64,000 bases of DNA, taken from assembly GCA_038065235.1 (NCBI GenBank), contig JBBTRK010000016.1:11308-75307 (forward strand), given 5' to 3'. Origin of the DNA: Patescibacteria group bacterium. GTDB taxonomy: Bacteria; Patescibacteriota; Patescibacteriia; PEXW01. This document shows, one piece after another, positions 55,000 to 64,000 of the stretch. The position numbers and the translations under genes are program-made. The notes beneath the pieces were generated by a model. That model was not told the DNA's origin, ran no database searches, and worked only from the letters and a program-made list of their open reading frames with translations. The number at the start of each line of letters is the position of its first letter. Within the stretch, counting starts at the first letter, position 1.

Positions 55000-56217
55000 A
55001 TGCCTGTCTTTACCTACATCGCACGCAACAACCAAGGTGGCACCGTTACCGGAACGCAGGATGCGAAAGACGAGAAGTTTCTAGCTTCCCTCTTACGGGT
55101 TCGGGGGTTATCTATCGTAAGTGTAAAAACCCCAGCGACTTCGGCTGCGAAACACTTCTCATTCAATATCTCACTCGGGCGGATACCCGTGGTAGAGAAA
55201 ATTGTATTCTTGCAAAATCTTCAAGTCATGGTTCGGACAGGATTCTCCCTGGGCCATGCCCTTGACGTACTCGCGCAACAGACGGAACACAAGGGTTTTC
55301 AGAAAATTATTAAAGAAATTACCGCCGACGTCGAGAGTGGAATAACCCTCTCCACAGCACTGACGAAATTCCCAAAAGTTTTCCCTGAACTCTTCGTGAA
55401 TATGGTTGCAGCCGGCGAGGTATCGGGCAAACTCGATGAAGTCCTCTTGCGGCTCACCACGCAGATTAAGAAAGATCACCAGCTCATTGCCAAAGTACGT
55501 GGGGCACTCATGTACCCCGTCATCGTGTTGGTCGCCATGTTGGTACTCGGGACGGCAATGATGGTGTTGGTCATTCCAAAGCTGCTAAGTATATTCAACG
55601 AATCCGGTGGCACTTTACCGCTCCCAACCCGGATATTGATGGGACTTTCGAACTTCATGCAGCACTACATTTTCTTCATCATCCCGGGAGTCATTCTCTT
55701 CATTTTCATTTTCCGCTGGTGGATTCACTCCCCCCGAGGCAGGATGCTCTGGCACCTCTTGCTCCTTCGCCTCCCAATTGTTGGCCCAATTCTCAAGAAA
55801 ATTAACTTGGCGCACTTCACGCGAACCCTCAGCTCCCTGCTGAAGACTGACATTCCCATTGTGCAGACGTTTCAGATTATTGCCAAGACCATGGGCAATG
55901 CAGTTTTTCGGAAGTCACTCAATGAAACTGCAGAAGAATTGAAGAAAGGTTCAAGTATTGCTAAAGTACTCACTCGATACACAAAACTCTATCCGCCAGT
56001 CGTCTCGCAGATGATCTCGGTGGGTGAGGAGAGTGGTACACTAGATACCATAAGCGAAGAAATAGCAAAATTCTACGAAGAAGAAGTTGACCAGGTTATG
56101 TCCAATCTCACCTCAATTCTGGAGCCAATTCTCATTCTCCTCCTCGGCGGAGGTGTGGGCGGTATCGTCGTGGCAGTCATTTTGCCGATCTACTCGCTCA
56201 CCGACCAAATTAACTAA
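55000..56217 (+). CDS. pilC: Type IV pilus platform protein PilC (GspF family)
   Basis: GEVSGKLDEVL, ALMYP, LPLPTR, GEESGTLD, LEP. Confidence 0.96.
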   Translation: MPVFTYIARNNQGGTVTGTQDAKDEKFLASLLRVRGLSIVSVKTPATSAAKHFSFNISLGRIPVVEKIVFLQNLQVMVRTGFSLGHALDVLAQQTEHKGFQKIIKEITADVESGITLSTALTKFPKVFPELFVNMVAAGEVSGKLDEVLLRLTTQIKKDHQLIAKVRGALMYPVIVLVAMLVLGTAMMVLVIPKLLSIFNESGGTLPLPTRILMGLSNFMQHYIFFIIPGVILFIFIFRWWIHSPRGRMLWHLLLLRLPIVGPILKKINLAHFTRTLSSLLKTDIPIVQTFQIIAKTMGNAVFRKSLNETAEELKKGSSIAKVLTRYTKLYPPVVSQMISVGEESGTLDTISEEIAKFYEEEVDQVMSNLTSILEPILILLLGGGVGGIVVAVILPIYSLTDQIN

Positions 56218-56219
56218 TC

Positions 56220-57299
56220 ATGAGCTTCCTCCGACCATTTCGGAACGCTATGGGCATAGATGTGAGCGACCAAGTGCTCCGTATGGTTCAGCTTGTGCCT
56301 CACGGTCGGGCATTTCGGCTCCGTTCCATAAGCGCCCGACCGCTGCCAGAAGGCGTCATTGTTGAGGGCGAAGTACGGAACCCCACGAAAGCTGCAGCAG
56401 TACTCCGCGACCTCGTGCAGAAGCCCAGCCACCACCATCCCACCACAAAATCAGCCACCCTCTGCCTACCCGAGCGGAAGACTTTCACGAAAATTATTGA
56501 AGTCCCTAGACAAGCCGCAACAACCTTTGAAACAGCGCTGCGTGAAGGTTTGGCAGAAAATATTCCATTGAAACTAGACGAAGCGTACGTTGACTGGCAG
56601 ATCATTCCATCGCAATCGGAAAAAACCAAAACCGTCCGGGTTATTGTTGCCGTTGCCCCCCAACTCCTCGTTGAAGGCTTTCTGACCATGTGCCAACTCG
56701 CCGGCATTGTGCCAGTGGTACTAGAACCAGAATCAGCCGCCCTGTGTCGGAGTGCGCTAGATGTTCAACCCGCACCCGGTAGCCACCTCATTATTGACCT
56801 CGGCGCTACCCGAACCGGAATCATTATTGCCGAGACCGATCTCGTCGCCTACTCTTCGACCGTCAACCTCTCGGGGATTGGTTTAACCCAGGTGCTCCAA
56901 ACGAAACTCGGCTTGAATGCAGAAGAAGCCGAGCAGGCGAAACGAATCTGTGGGCTGGACCCCAAACGAGGAAAAGGTGCGGTGAAAGCTACCCTGGAAC
57001 CAGAATTTAGACCGCTCTTTCAACGTATACTCGAAGTTATAAGTTTCTACGAAGAGCACGCCCCGAAACAAGCAAAAGTGCAGGATATTACCTTAGTTGG
57101 TGGGGGCGCCCGGCTGAGCTTTTTGCCCGAACTCGTGCAGTCCACTATATCGCTTCCGGTCCGCGTCGGGAGCTGGCCAAAGTCAGTGAATATTCCCTCA
57201 GATGATCTTCTCCGCATTGGCCCCTCGTACCTCACCGCACTTGGCTTAGCTCTCCGCGGGGCTATGGGTGCCTCTTGGTCCAGCCCGCACGCCCTATGA
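56220..57299 (+). CDS. pilM: Type IV pilus assembly protein PilM
   Basis: MGIDVS, IDLGATRT, LVGGGARL, ALGLALRG actin-like motifs. Confidence 0.92.
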   Translation: MSFLRPFRNAMGIDVSDQVLRMVQLVPHGRAFRLRSISARPLPEGVIVEGEVRNPTKAAAVLRDLVQKPSHHHPTTKSATLCLPERKTFTKIIEVPRQAATTFETALREGLAENIPLKLDEAYVDWQIIPSQSEKTKTVRVIVAVAPQLLVEGFLTMCQLAGIVPVVLEPESAALCRSALDVQPAPGSHLIIDLGATRTGIIIAETDLVAYSSTVNLSGIGLTQVLQTKLGLNAEEAEQAKRICGLDPKRGKGAVKATLEPEFRPLFQRILEVISFYEEHAPKQAKVQDITLVGGGARLSFLPELVQSTISLPVRVGSWPKSVNIPSDDLLRIGPSYLTALGLALRGAMGASWSSPHAL

Positions 57300-57838
57300 T
57301 GCTCTTGAATCTCATTTCGCCGCAGATGCGAGAAACTCTGAGGCAGCGCGTGCTACTTAGTTCTGTTCGAACACTCGTGGTCATGGTGGTGTGCGTTGAG
57401 CTTGTTTTCGTCGGTGCCCTCACTGTTGGAGATTTCCAATTGAAAGCGAAAACTAAGCGTGTCACCCAAGAAGCAGAACTTTCAACGCTCCTGCTGCGGG
57501 CCCAAGGCCAGACCACGATTGCAGATACGACGAAATTACTCAACAGCCAAGTGAAGGCGCTGCAAGATCTTCAGAAACGTTACGTTTCTTGGGTGCCTAC
57601 CTTTAATACGGTGAGCGAGCTCACCCCACCAGGAATCTCACTCACTAGTATTGCGTTCGACCAAGGAACGGGGAAAATTTCGCTTCGTGGGGTGGCTGCA
57701 ACGCGCGAATCATACACGAGTTACGAGAAAATTTTACAGGGGAGCCCACTACTAACCAATGTTATTTTTCCGCTGCAAACCAAGAAGACTGCGCTTGGGT
57801 TCGATATAACCGCAGCCTTCAAAGTGCCTCACGACTAA
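57296..57838 (+). CDS. pilN: PilN-like protein
   Basis: LNLISP N-terminal motif, TM helix, coiled coil, PPGISLTSI, LRGVA. Confidence 0.8.
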   Translation: MMLLNLISPQMRETLRQRVLLSSVRTLVVMVVCVELVFVGALTVGDFQLKAKTKRVTQEAELSTLLLRAQGQTTIADTTKLLNSQVKALQDLQKRYVSWVPTFNTVSELTPPGISLTSIAFDQGTGKISLRGVAATRESYTSYEKILQGSPLLTNVIFPLQTKKTALGFDITAAFKVPHD

Positions 57839-57841
57839 CGT

Positions 57842-58387
57842 ATGCGTACACTCTCTCCAAAACACATGCTCCTAAGTTGGGTTAGCGGTGGCCTGCTCTG
57901 CATAGTCGTTTTGGCCTGGTTCTCCGTTAGCTACCTAGCCCAACGATTGCATGTGCATGAAAATAATCTCCTCGAAGCGCAGATCACCATTGAGGCAAAT
58001 AGTCGCCAACAGAAAAATTTTTCTACACTCAGTAAACAGGTAGCCGAAATTCAAGGACATGCCCAAGAACTCAATCGTGCTTTCCCTGATCGTACGAAAG
58101 CACTGGAATTTATCGAGTTTATCGAGACAACAGCTGCACAAGAGAATGTTGAACAGTCCTTCAATCCAATCGAACCAACCCGCACTGCTGCAACGTCACT
58201 CACCGCGTACCTCGTCGAAGAGCGCGGATTCAGACTCACCTTGAAAGGGAAAACTCCGAATCTCTTCCGTTTCCTAACTGCCCTTGAGGTGAACCCAGTG
58301 TACTTACTAACCACTTCGGTATCACTGAGTCGCGATGATAAAGGTGAAGCGACTATGGATTTGCAAGGGACAATTCCTTGGCACTAA
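57842..58387 (+). CDS. pilO: PilO-like protein
   Basis: TM helix, coiled coil, LTLKG..NLFRFLTALE; position after pilN. Confidence 0.7.
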   Translation: MRTLSPKHMLLSWVSGGLLCIVVLAWFSVSYLAQRLHVHENNLLEAQITIEANSRQQKNFSTLSKQVAEIQGHAQELNRAFPDRTKALEFIEFIETTAAQENVEQSFNPIEPTRTAATSLTAYLVEERGFRLTLKGKTPNLFRFLTALEVNPVYLLTTSVSLSRDDKGEATMDLQGTIPWH

Positions 58388-58390
58388 CAT

Positions 58391-58690
58391 ATGCAAAAAA
58401 TCAGCCTGAAAAAAATCCACTTCCACATCGATATTGAGCGCGTCCCAACCCTTACGCTCTACGCAGCGCTGAGCTGTGCTATTGTTTTCCTCCTCGGGGC
58501 GGCATGGTTCAGCTACCGCAACGTATACGTCCCCTACATGAATAACACCATCCCAGAAGAAAAACTCGACCAGAAGCAAGACAAACTTAACATCAAGGAT
58601 TTTAGCGACGTCCGGGCAAAACTCGAAGCGAAGCAGAAAGGCACACCGAATGCAGCCGCAGTAGACCCTTTCCAGACCCCCAAGCCTTGA
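58391..58690 (+). CDS. Small single-TM protein closing the pil operon (PilP-position)
   Basis: One TM helix, C-terminal DPF motif; 3 nt after pilO. Confidence 0.55.
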   Translation: MQKISLKKIHFHIDIERVPTLTLYAALSCAIVFLLGAAWFSYRNVYVPYMNNTIPEEKLDQKQDKLNIKDFSDVRAKLEAKQKGTPNAAAVDPFQTPKP

Positions 58691-58715
58691 CGCTTCTGCT
58701 TGTGTGCAGTATAGT
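58687..58715 (+). promoter_or_regulatory. sigma70 promoter of rpmA
   Basis: TTGACG-17 nt-TATAGT. Confidence 0.7.
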
Positions 58716-58746
58716 ACGAACACTGTTTTCTCATTTGTAATCAACT

Positions 58747-59022
58747 ATGGCACACGTAAAAGGCGCCGGTACAACCAGTCTTGGTCGCGATTCCCAGTCC
58801 AAACGGCTCGGGGTGAAGGCGTACGCAGGTGAACGCGTCAACGCTGGATCAATTATCATTCGACAGCGCGGGACTGCAATCCGAGCGGGCAAAAATGTCC
58901 TCCGTGGCGGCGATGATACGCTCTACGCTAAAACAGCTGGGATCGTCTCTTTCCGTTCGCGGAAAGTCCGCCGTTTCGATGGGAAGCTCAAAGGCGCCCG
59001 TTTCGTCGACGTCAAAGTCTAA
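58747..59022 (+). CDS. rpmA: 50S ribosomal protein L27
   Basis: [32 protein letters not shown]. Confidence 0.98.
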   Translation: MAHVKGAGTTSLGRDSQSKRLGVKAYAGERVNAGSIIIRQRGTAIRAGKNVLRGGDDTLYAKTAGIVSFRSRKVRRFDGKLKGARFVDVKV

Positions 59023-59029
59023 CGCGGCT

Positions 59030-60685
59030 CTACTTCGATTCGGTCCGTCCGGCTCCCCCGGACGTTTTGCATTTCTTGGCCGCCGCTATGAACTCTCGGA
59101 AAAGCGGCTGCGGGCGCAGTGGGCGTGAAGTAAACTCGGGGTGAAACTGCACCCCGACGAACCATGGGTGATCTACAACCTCAACAATCTCCACAAGCCG
59201 GCCATCTTCGGTCGAGCCAGAAATGCGTAATCCTGCTTTCTCGAGTTGTTCGCGGTAGTCGTTATTGAATTCGTAACGGTGCCGATGTCGCTCGAGCACC
59301 ACGGTTTCTCCGTACGCTTTTGCGCTGAGGCTACCTGCAACGAGTTTGCACGGCCAGTTCCCCAAGCGCATTGTGGCACCGTAGTCTTGCGCGAGGAGCT
59401 TCTTCTCCTGGTCTGGCATGATGTGAATGACGCGGGTCGATGCGTTCGGTGTGAACTCTGTACTCGTAGCGTCTTTCAACCCGGCGACGTTACGGGCAAA
59501 TTCTATTGTCGCTATCTGCATTCCTAAGCAGAGTCCGAAGTACGGAATGCGCTGCTCCCGAGCATAACGCACGGCCGCAATCTTGCCTTCCACACCCCGT
59601 GCGCCAAATCCTCCAGGTACTACAATACCGTCGGCCTGTTTCAACACAGACCACGCTTTGGCGTCCTTCGCCTCGAGCTTCTCTGCATCTACCCACGAGA
59701 ATACCAGCTTCACACTATTTGCATAGGAAGCACTCCGGAGCGCTTCCACGACGGAGAGGTACGCATCGCCGTGCTCGGTGTACTTACCCACGAGCACAAT
59801 CGAGAGTGTTGGCTTGCCATTCCGTGACTTCCGCACGAGCTCTCGCCACGGCCCCAAGGCTGGACGACGTGGCTCCAGGCCGAGGGTGGAGAGAACTGTT
59901 TTCGTAATCCCGTATTTCTCCATATCCAAAGGCACGTCATAGATGCTGCGCGAGGTTTTCGCTGGAATGACGGCCGCCAAGGGCACACCGCAGAAGAGTG
60001 AGAGCTTCTCGAGGTGGTCTTTTCGAATCGACTCATCAGCACGGGCAATGATGATATCGGGGTGAATACCGGCCCGTTGCAACTCTCGGACTGAGGCTTG
60101 AGCGGGTTTGGTCTTCAGTTCCTTCGTCGTCTTCAGGTACGGCAGCAAGGCAACGTGGACGAAGAGCACGCGGTTCCCCATGGCGTGCCGCATCTGCCGC
60201 GCAGCTTCCAAGTACGGCTCCCCTTCTATGTCACCGACCGTCCCGCCAATCTCCATAATGAGCACATCAGGCTTGTGCGTATCAGTCACCTCCTGAATAG
60301 ACTGTTTAATTGCGTCAGTAATGTGCGGGATGATTTGAATAGTTTTTCCGAGGTACCGGCCCGCCCGCTCCTGCTGAATAACCCGCTGGTAGAGCTGCCC
60401 CGTAGAAACCGAGGATGACTTGGTGAGCTCCACATCGAGGAAACGTTCGTAGTGGCCCAGGTCCAAATCGGTTTCCGTCCCGTCTTTCAAAACGAAAACC
60501 TCGCCATGCTGGTATGGGTTCATCGTCCCCGGATCGACGTTGAGGTAGGGATCAAACTTTATGGAGAACACTGAAAACTTACTCGCCTTGAGCAATGCCC
60601 CGATAGAAGCAGCAGCAATGCCCTTGCCCAAGCCGGAGCAAACCCCACCGGTAACGAAAATATAATGGGTTCGACGCGTACTCAT
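59030..60685 (-). CDS. pyrG: CTP synthase
   Basis: FVTGGVCSGLGKG, DPGTMNPYQHGEVFV, GLCLGMQ, QFHPEF. Confidence 0.98.
   Translation of the reverse strand: MSTRRTHYIFVTGGVCSGLGKGIAAASIGALLKASKFSVFSIKFDPYLNVDPGTMNPYQHGEVFVLKDGTETDLDLGHYERFLDVELTKSSSVSTGQLYQRVIQQERAGRYLGKTIQIIPHITDAIKQSIQEVTDTHKPDVLIMEIGGTVGDIEGEPYLEAARQMRHAMGNRVLFVHVALLPYLKTTKELKTKPAQASVRELQRAGIHPDIIIARADESIRKDHLEKLSLFCGVPLAAVIPAKTSRSIYDVPLDMEKYGITKTVLSTLGLEPRRPALGPWRELVRKSRNGKPTLSIVLVGKYTEHGDAYLSVVEALRSASYANSVKLVFSWVDAEKLEAKDAKAWSVLKQADGIVVPGGFGARGVEGKIAAVRYAREQRIPYFGLCLGMQIATIEFARNVAGLKDATSTEFTPNASTRVIHIMPDQEKKLLAQDYGATMRLGNWPCKLVAGSLSAKAYGETVVLERHRHRYEFNNDYREQLEKAGLRISGSTEDGRLVEIVEVVDHPWFVGVQFHPEFTSRPLRPQPLFREFIAAAKKCKTSGGAGRTESK
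59046..59068 (+). terminator. Probable intrinsic terminator of rpmA, inside the pyrG 3' end
   Basis: cgtccgg-ctccc-ccggacg followed by tttt. Confidence 0.55.
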
Positions 60686-61113
60686 ATATTTATGCTAAAG
60701 GTAACGGTTGTAGCGTGAATCTGCAACGTTACTGGGTGTTTGCCCGTGTGCTTGAGTGTTGGCAGCTGTTTCTGCAATGCAGGCGGGAGTGCATAGCCAA
60801 TCTGCTGAGCGATTGCTTTTGTAATATCGGTACTGTTCACGGCCGCGTAGAGTGTACCAGTTGTCGCTGCCTTTGCCTCCACGTGTACGGTTTTTCCGTT
60901 GAGGGCCTTGGCGAGCGCATCAAGGTCGTGCTCGGCATCTGCATCTGCAGCCACATGTTTCTGCTTCCGCTGCTGCGCTTCGGCTATGGCGTGAGCGCTC
61001 GCAGGTACTGCGAGGTTCTGCGGGATGAGAAAATTCTTGGCGTAGCCTTCGGCCACGTCAGCGACATCACCACTGTGGTACGGCGTGACGGGTTTTATGA
61101 AGAGCACTCTCAT
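60682..61113 (-). CDS. rplI: 50S ribosomal protein L9
   Basis: GDVADVAEGYAKNFLIPQNLA, GTLYAAV, LKHTG. Confidence 0.93.
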   Translation of the reverse strand: MRVLFIKPVTPYHSGDVADVAEGYAKNFLIPQNLAVPASAHAIAEAQQRKQKHVAADADAEHDLDALAKALNGKTVHVEAKAATTGTLYAAVNSTDITKAIAQQIGYALPPALQKQLPTLKHTGKHPVTLQIHATTVTFSINI

Positions 61114-62333
61114 GGTTTTTCCGTCAGAAGCTTCAGCGCGCGCTGCAGCTGAGTATCATTATCGTCGCCAGCTTGGGTTGGATCTTCCACAACCACATCC
61201 GGGGTAATGCCTGAACCATCAATTGTTCGGCCCAGCGGGGTAAACCATTTCGCTATCGTCAACTTCAACTGCGAACCATCTGGGAGTGGCTCAAGCGTCT
61301 GCACGCTCCCCTTCCCGAAGGTTTTCGTCCCCACAATCGTGGCGCGTTTGCTGTCCTGAAGCGCACCCGCAACAATTTCTGATGCCGAGGCACTGCCCCC
61401 GTTCACCAGCACGACGAGGGGGGTCAGGGGTAACCGAGCATCGCGGTCTGCACTATCGCTTCGTTCCTTGCCGGCAGCATCACGTTCCTTGACGACTACC
61501 TGTTTACCAATGAATTCTCCGGTGAGATCTACCGAGACATCGAGTAACCCCCCAGGATTATTCCGCAGGTCAAGGATAATTCCTTTGGGCTTGTCTAAGA
61601 GGAGGCCGCGAACGATAGTATCAAATTTCGATAGCGTCTCTTCGTTGAAACTCACTACCTGCACCAGAGCAATATTGTCTTTGAGCCGCCGTGTCGTAAC
61701 GCTGGCAATGGTTATCCGCTCACGTTGCACGGTGAACGAAAGTTCTTTCGCAGTCCGGACCACGGTTATGGTCACTTTCGTTCCTGCCTTCCCTCGAATG
61801 TAGCCAACAATTTCATCAATCGTAAGCGCTGTGACATCCCGCTCGTCAACCGTGAGCAGAAAGTCACCAGCTTTCAAGCCAATTTTCTCTGCCGGGCTAG
61901 AGGGCAAAGGCGCAATAATTGCTGGGCGCTTCTCTTTGTAACCAATTTCCGCCCCAATGCCTTCTATGCTTAAGTCTAAGTCATTCTTAAACGCAGTAGC
62001 TGCTTCGGGGGTAAAGAAGGTGGAATACGGATCACCCAAGCTGCGGACAAGGCCGCTCACAGCCCCGTAGAACAATTTTGCGTTGTCGACGGGTTGCAAG
62101 ACGTACTGTTGTTGAATTTGCTTCAGAACGGCATCGTAGACGGCTGGCGCGTTTGGGGTTAAGCGCGTGAGGGCCTGCAGAGCATACAGTGGGTTCACCA
62201 GCCCTTTCTCTCGATTCGCCGTCCAGTAGCCACCAATAAACCCTGCGAGCAGAATTATTGCCAACAAGAAGCCAATCCCAACCGGCTTTGCACGTCCATT
62301 CCTCTTCGGTACTGGGGGTTGTGCATCAATCAT
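61110..62333 (-). CDS. S41 C-terminal processing peptidase (CtpA/Prc-like)
   Basis: LGDPYS, GIGAEI PDZ, DLRNNPGG, SASASEI, TFGKGSVQ. Confidence 0.95.
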   Translation of the reverse strand: MIDAQPPVPKRNGRAKPVGIGFLLAIILLAGFIGGYWTANREKGLVNPLYALQALTRLTPNAPAVYDAVLKQIQQQYVLQPVDNAKLFYGAVSGLVRSLGDPYSTFFTPEAATAFKNDLDLSIEGIGAEIGYKEKRPAIIAPLPSSPAEKIGLKAGDFLLTVDERDVTALTIDEIVGYIRGKAGTKVTITVVRTAKELSFTVQRERITIASVTTRRLKDNIALVQVVSFNEETLSKFDTIVRGLLLDKPKGIILDLRNNPGGLLDVSVDLTGEFIGKQVVVKERDAAGKERSDSADRDARLPLTPLVVLVNGGSASASEIVAGALQDSKRATIVGTKTFGKGSVQTLEPLPDGSQLKLTIAKWFTPLGRTIDGSGITPDVVVEDPTQAGDDNDTQLQRALKLLTEKP

Positions 62334-63619
62334 AGTCGTTCGATGTGCGCGCCGAGCTGCCGCAGACGATCTTCGAGTTGAACGTAGCCTCTATCGAGGT
62401 GCTCAACCCCCATAAGCGTGGAGGTTCCCTCGGCGATGAGTGCGGCTACGACGTGCGCCATCCCGGCGCGAATATCTGGAATCTCGAGCTTCGCTGCGTG
62501 CAGTGGGGTTGGCCCCTGCACAATGGCGAAGTGTTTGGCGTGCTGGTCACGAAAACGACATTGCGTTTCTGGGCACGTCGCGGTTACCGTTATATCTGCG
62601 CCCATGCGGACAAGCTCGGTGGTGTAGCCGAACCGATCTTCGTAAATTGTTTCGTGGATATGGGAAGTGCCATCCGCCTGGGTCAGTAATGTGAGTGTGG
62701 GCTGCTGCCAGTCGGTCATGAAACCAGGGTGTGTATCGGTAGAAATATCTACAGGATGGAGCGCTTCCCGTCGCCAGAAACGAATGCCATCTGACCGAAC
62801 ATCGAAACCCCCGCCAAGTTTCTGAACGACATTGAGGTACGTTACCAACTGCGCTTGCTCTGCACCTTCGACAAAAATATCCCCACCCGTGCCAATTGCG
62901 GCGGAAGCAAATGAAACGACTTCGTTCCGATCCGCGGTAATACGGATGGAAGCACCGTGAAGCTTTCGGACGCCTTCAATTTCAATGACCCGATTCGCGC
63001 CCAAGTGAATGTGCGCACCCATCCGCTGCAAAAACATAACTAGCTCCAGCACTTCTGGTTCCACTGCGGCATTCTCTATCCGCGTCCGACCCTGCGCCAA
63101 AACCCCAGCGAAAAGAATAGTCTCGGTAGCGCCAACACTGGGAAAAGGCAAGCTAATGGTTGCCCCTTTGAGCGCTGTTGCACTAGCAATGTACGCCCCA
63201 TCGCGCTCTGCAACGTTGGCACCCATTTCGCGCAAGGCATCGAGGTGGAAATTCACTGGCCGCGGGCCAATTTTATCACCGCCGAGGACTGGTACCTGCG
63301 CGTGCTGTCCCCGGTGTAGGAGCGGTGCCAAAGCTAGAATGGGAATGCGATTCTTCCGCGAGAGTGGCGGAACAGTCGTCGTTTTTATTGCTGGCGTTTG
63401 CACGTGGAGCGTCCCCTGCTCCCGCTCGACCGTGGCTCCAACGGCAGTAAGGAGCTCGGCGGTGATCTCTGTATCCCCCAATTGCGGGCAGTTCTCAAGC
63501 CGACACGGCTCATCGGTGAGGAGCGTTGCCACCATGAGCTTGGTAGCAGCGTTCTTTGCACCGGCAACGCGAGTGCGACCCGTTAGTGGAGTGCCTCCGG
63601 TTATGTTTAACGTAGCCAT
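62330..63619 (-). CDS. murA: UDP-N-acetylglucosamine 1-carboxyvinyltransferase (Asp115 variant)
   Basis: GAKNA, GGDKIGPRPVNFH, SVGATE, PGFMTDWQ, DIRAG, HLDRGY. Confidence 0.97.
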   Translation of the reverse strand: MATLNITGGTPLTGRTRVAGAKNAATKLMVATLLTDEPCRLENCPQLGDTEITAELLTAVGATVEREQGTLHVQTPAIKTTTVPPLSRKNRIPILALAPLLHRGQHAQVPVLGGDKIGPRPVNFHLDALREMGANVAERDGAYIASATALKGATISLPFPSVGATETILFAGVLAQGRTRIENAAVEPEVLELVMFLQRMGAHIHLGANRVIEIEGVRKLHGASIRITADRNEVVSFASAAIGTGGDIFVEGAEQAQLVTYLNVVQKLGGGFDVRSDGIRFWRREALHPVDISTDTHPGFMTDWQQPTLTLLTQADGTSHIHETIYEDRFGYTTELVRMGADITVTATCPETQCRFRDQHAKHFAIVQGPTPLHAAKLEIPDIRAGMAHVVAALIAEGTSTLMGVEHLDRGYVQLEDRLRQLGAHIERL

Positions 63620-63628
63620 ACTTTTTCG

Positions 63629-63657
63629 AGTATACAGGAAGAAAATGACTCAGCCTA
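63629..63657 (-). promoter_or_regulatory. Putative promoter of murA, very short leader
   Basis: TAGGCT-17 nt-TATACT, 9 nt before ATG 63619. Confidence 0.5.
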
Positions 63658-63694
63658 GCCTACAAACCTTTCGGTGCGGTATGCTACCTGCACC

Positions 63695-64000
63695 ATGACG
63701 CTTCCGCTCCGCCGCGCCCTTGCACTCCTGTTCGCTGGACTCTTCGTGCTCGTTGCCCTCGCTAGTATTGCCTACGGTCGAGGGTACCGCTTCGATTTCA
63801 AAACTCGCAACATTCGGCTGACCGGGGTCATCCTGCTCGCGGGCGCGCCAGATCGGGTCCAGGTGAAAATTGATGATGGTGAACCTAAGAATGTTTCCCT
63901 CCCAACCACATTCCGTGGGCTCCTGCCGACTACCCATACAATTTCTCTATCAGCCCCAGGGTATGAAAGCCAAATATTTACCTTGAACGTTCGGTCAGGA
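63695..64000 (+). CDS. PEGA-domain membrane protein (3'-truncated by window edge)
   Basis: Translated by hand: MTLPLRRALALLFAGLFVLVALASIAYGRGYRFDFKTRNIRLTGVILLAGAPDRVQVKIDDG...LLPTTHTISLSAPGYE. Confidence 0.75.
   Translation, partial: MTLPLRRALALLFAGLFVLVALASIAYGRGYRFDFKTRNIRLTGVILLAGAPDRVQVKIDDGEPKNVSLPTTFRGLLPTTHTISLSAPGYESQIFTLNVRSG

Noticed and set aside
60682-61113. Presence of L9 in a putative CPR genome
   Set aside because: L9 loss is reported for only some CPR lineages, so its presence is unremarkable.
63009-63698. 229-aa ORF on the + strand, and similar long antisense or alternate-frame ORFs (47280-47897, 53433-54011, 52389-53033, 770-1348)
   Set aside because: They overlap well-supported genes and read as codon-bias shadows.
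1-64000. tRNA/rRNA genes, riboswitches, alternative genetic code
   Set aside because: Intergenic gaps are about 100 nt or less with no cloverleaf or riboswitch pattern seen by eye (an Infernal/tRNAscan run would be decisive); TGA ends several core genes, which argues against code 25.

Overview
Dense core-genome segment of a small-genome bacterium, about 50% GC by eye and using the standard code (TGA is used as a stop). Gene content and style point to Patescibacteria/CPR, probably Parcubacteria/ABY1-like; this is inference. The window holds translation genes (frr, proS, lysS, serS, gltX, def, fmt, mnmA, hpf, rpmA, rplI), the elongasome (mreBCD-mrdA), a dcw cluster (mraY, pgeF-murD, ftsW, murG, murC, murB) plus murA and alr, secA/secD/secF, a type IV pilus assembly operon (pilB, pilC, pilMNO) and several membrane glycosyltransferases. 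I saw no rRNA, tRNA, CRISPR array or mobile element. Main observations: (1) an in-frame fusion of the peptidoglycan-editing enzyme PgeF/YfiH to MurD; (2) an autonomous antisense gene between murC and murB encoding a membrane protein with two biotin-carrier-like domains that lack the biotinyl lysine; (3) a three-gene operon of a sigma-R4/HARE-HTH protein, a membrane partner and an orphan VirD4/TraD-like ATPase; (4) SecD with an inserted parvulin PPIase domain; (5) a GT2 gene next to a fused flippase/GT-C gene; (6) repeated sigma70 promoters whose -10 box lies only 6-10 nt from the start codon, suggesting leaderless mRNAs; (7) MurA with Asp at the fosfomycin-target Cys115. All calls come from reading motifs by eye; no database searches were run.
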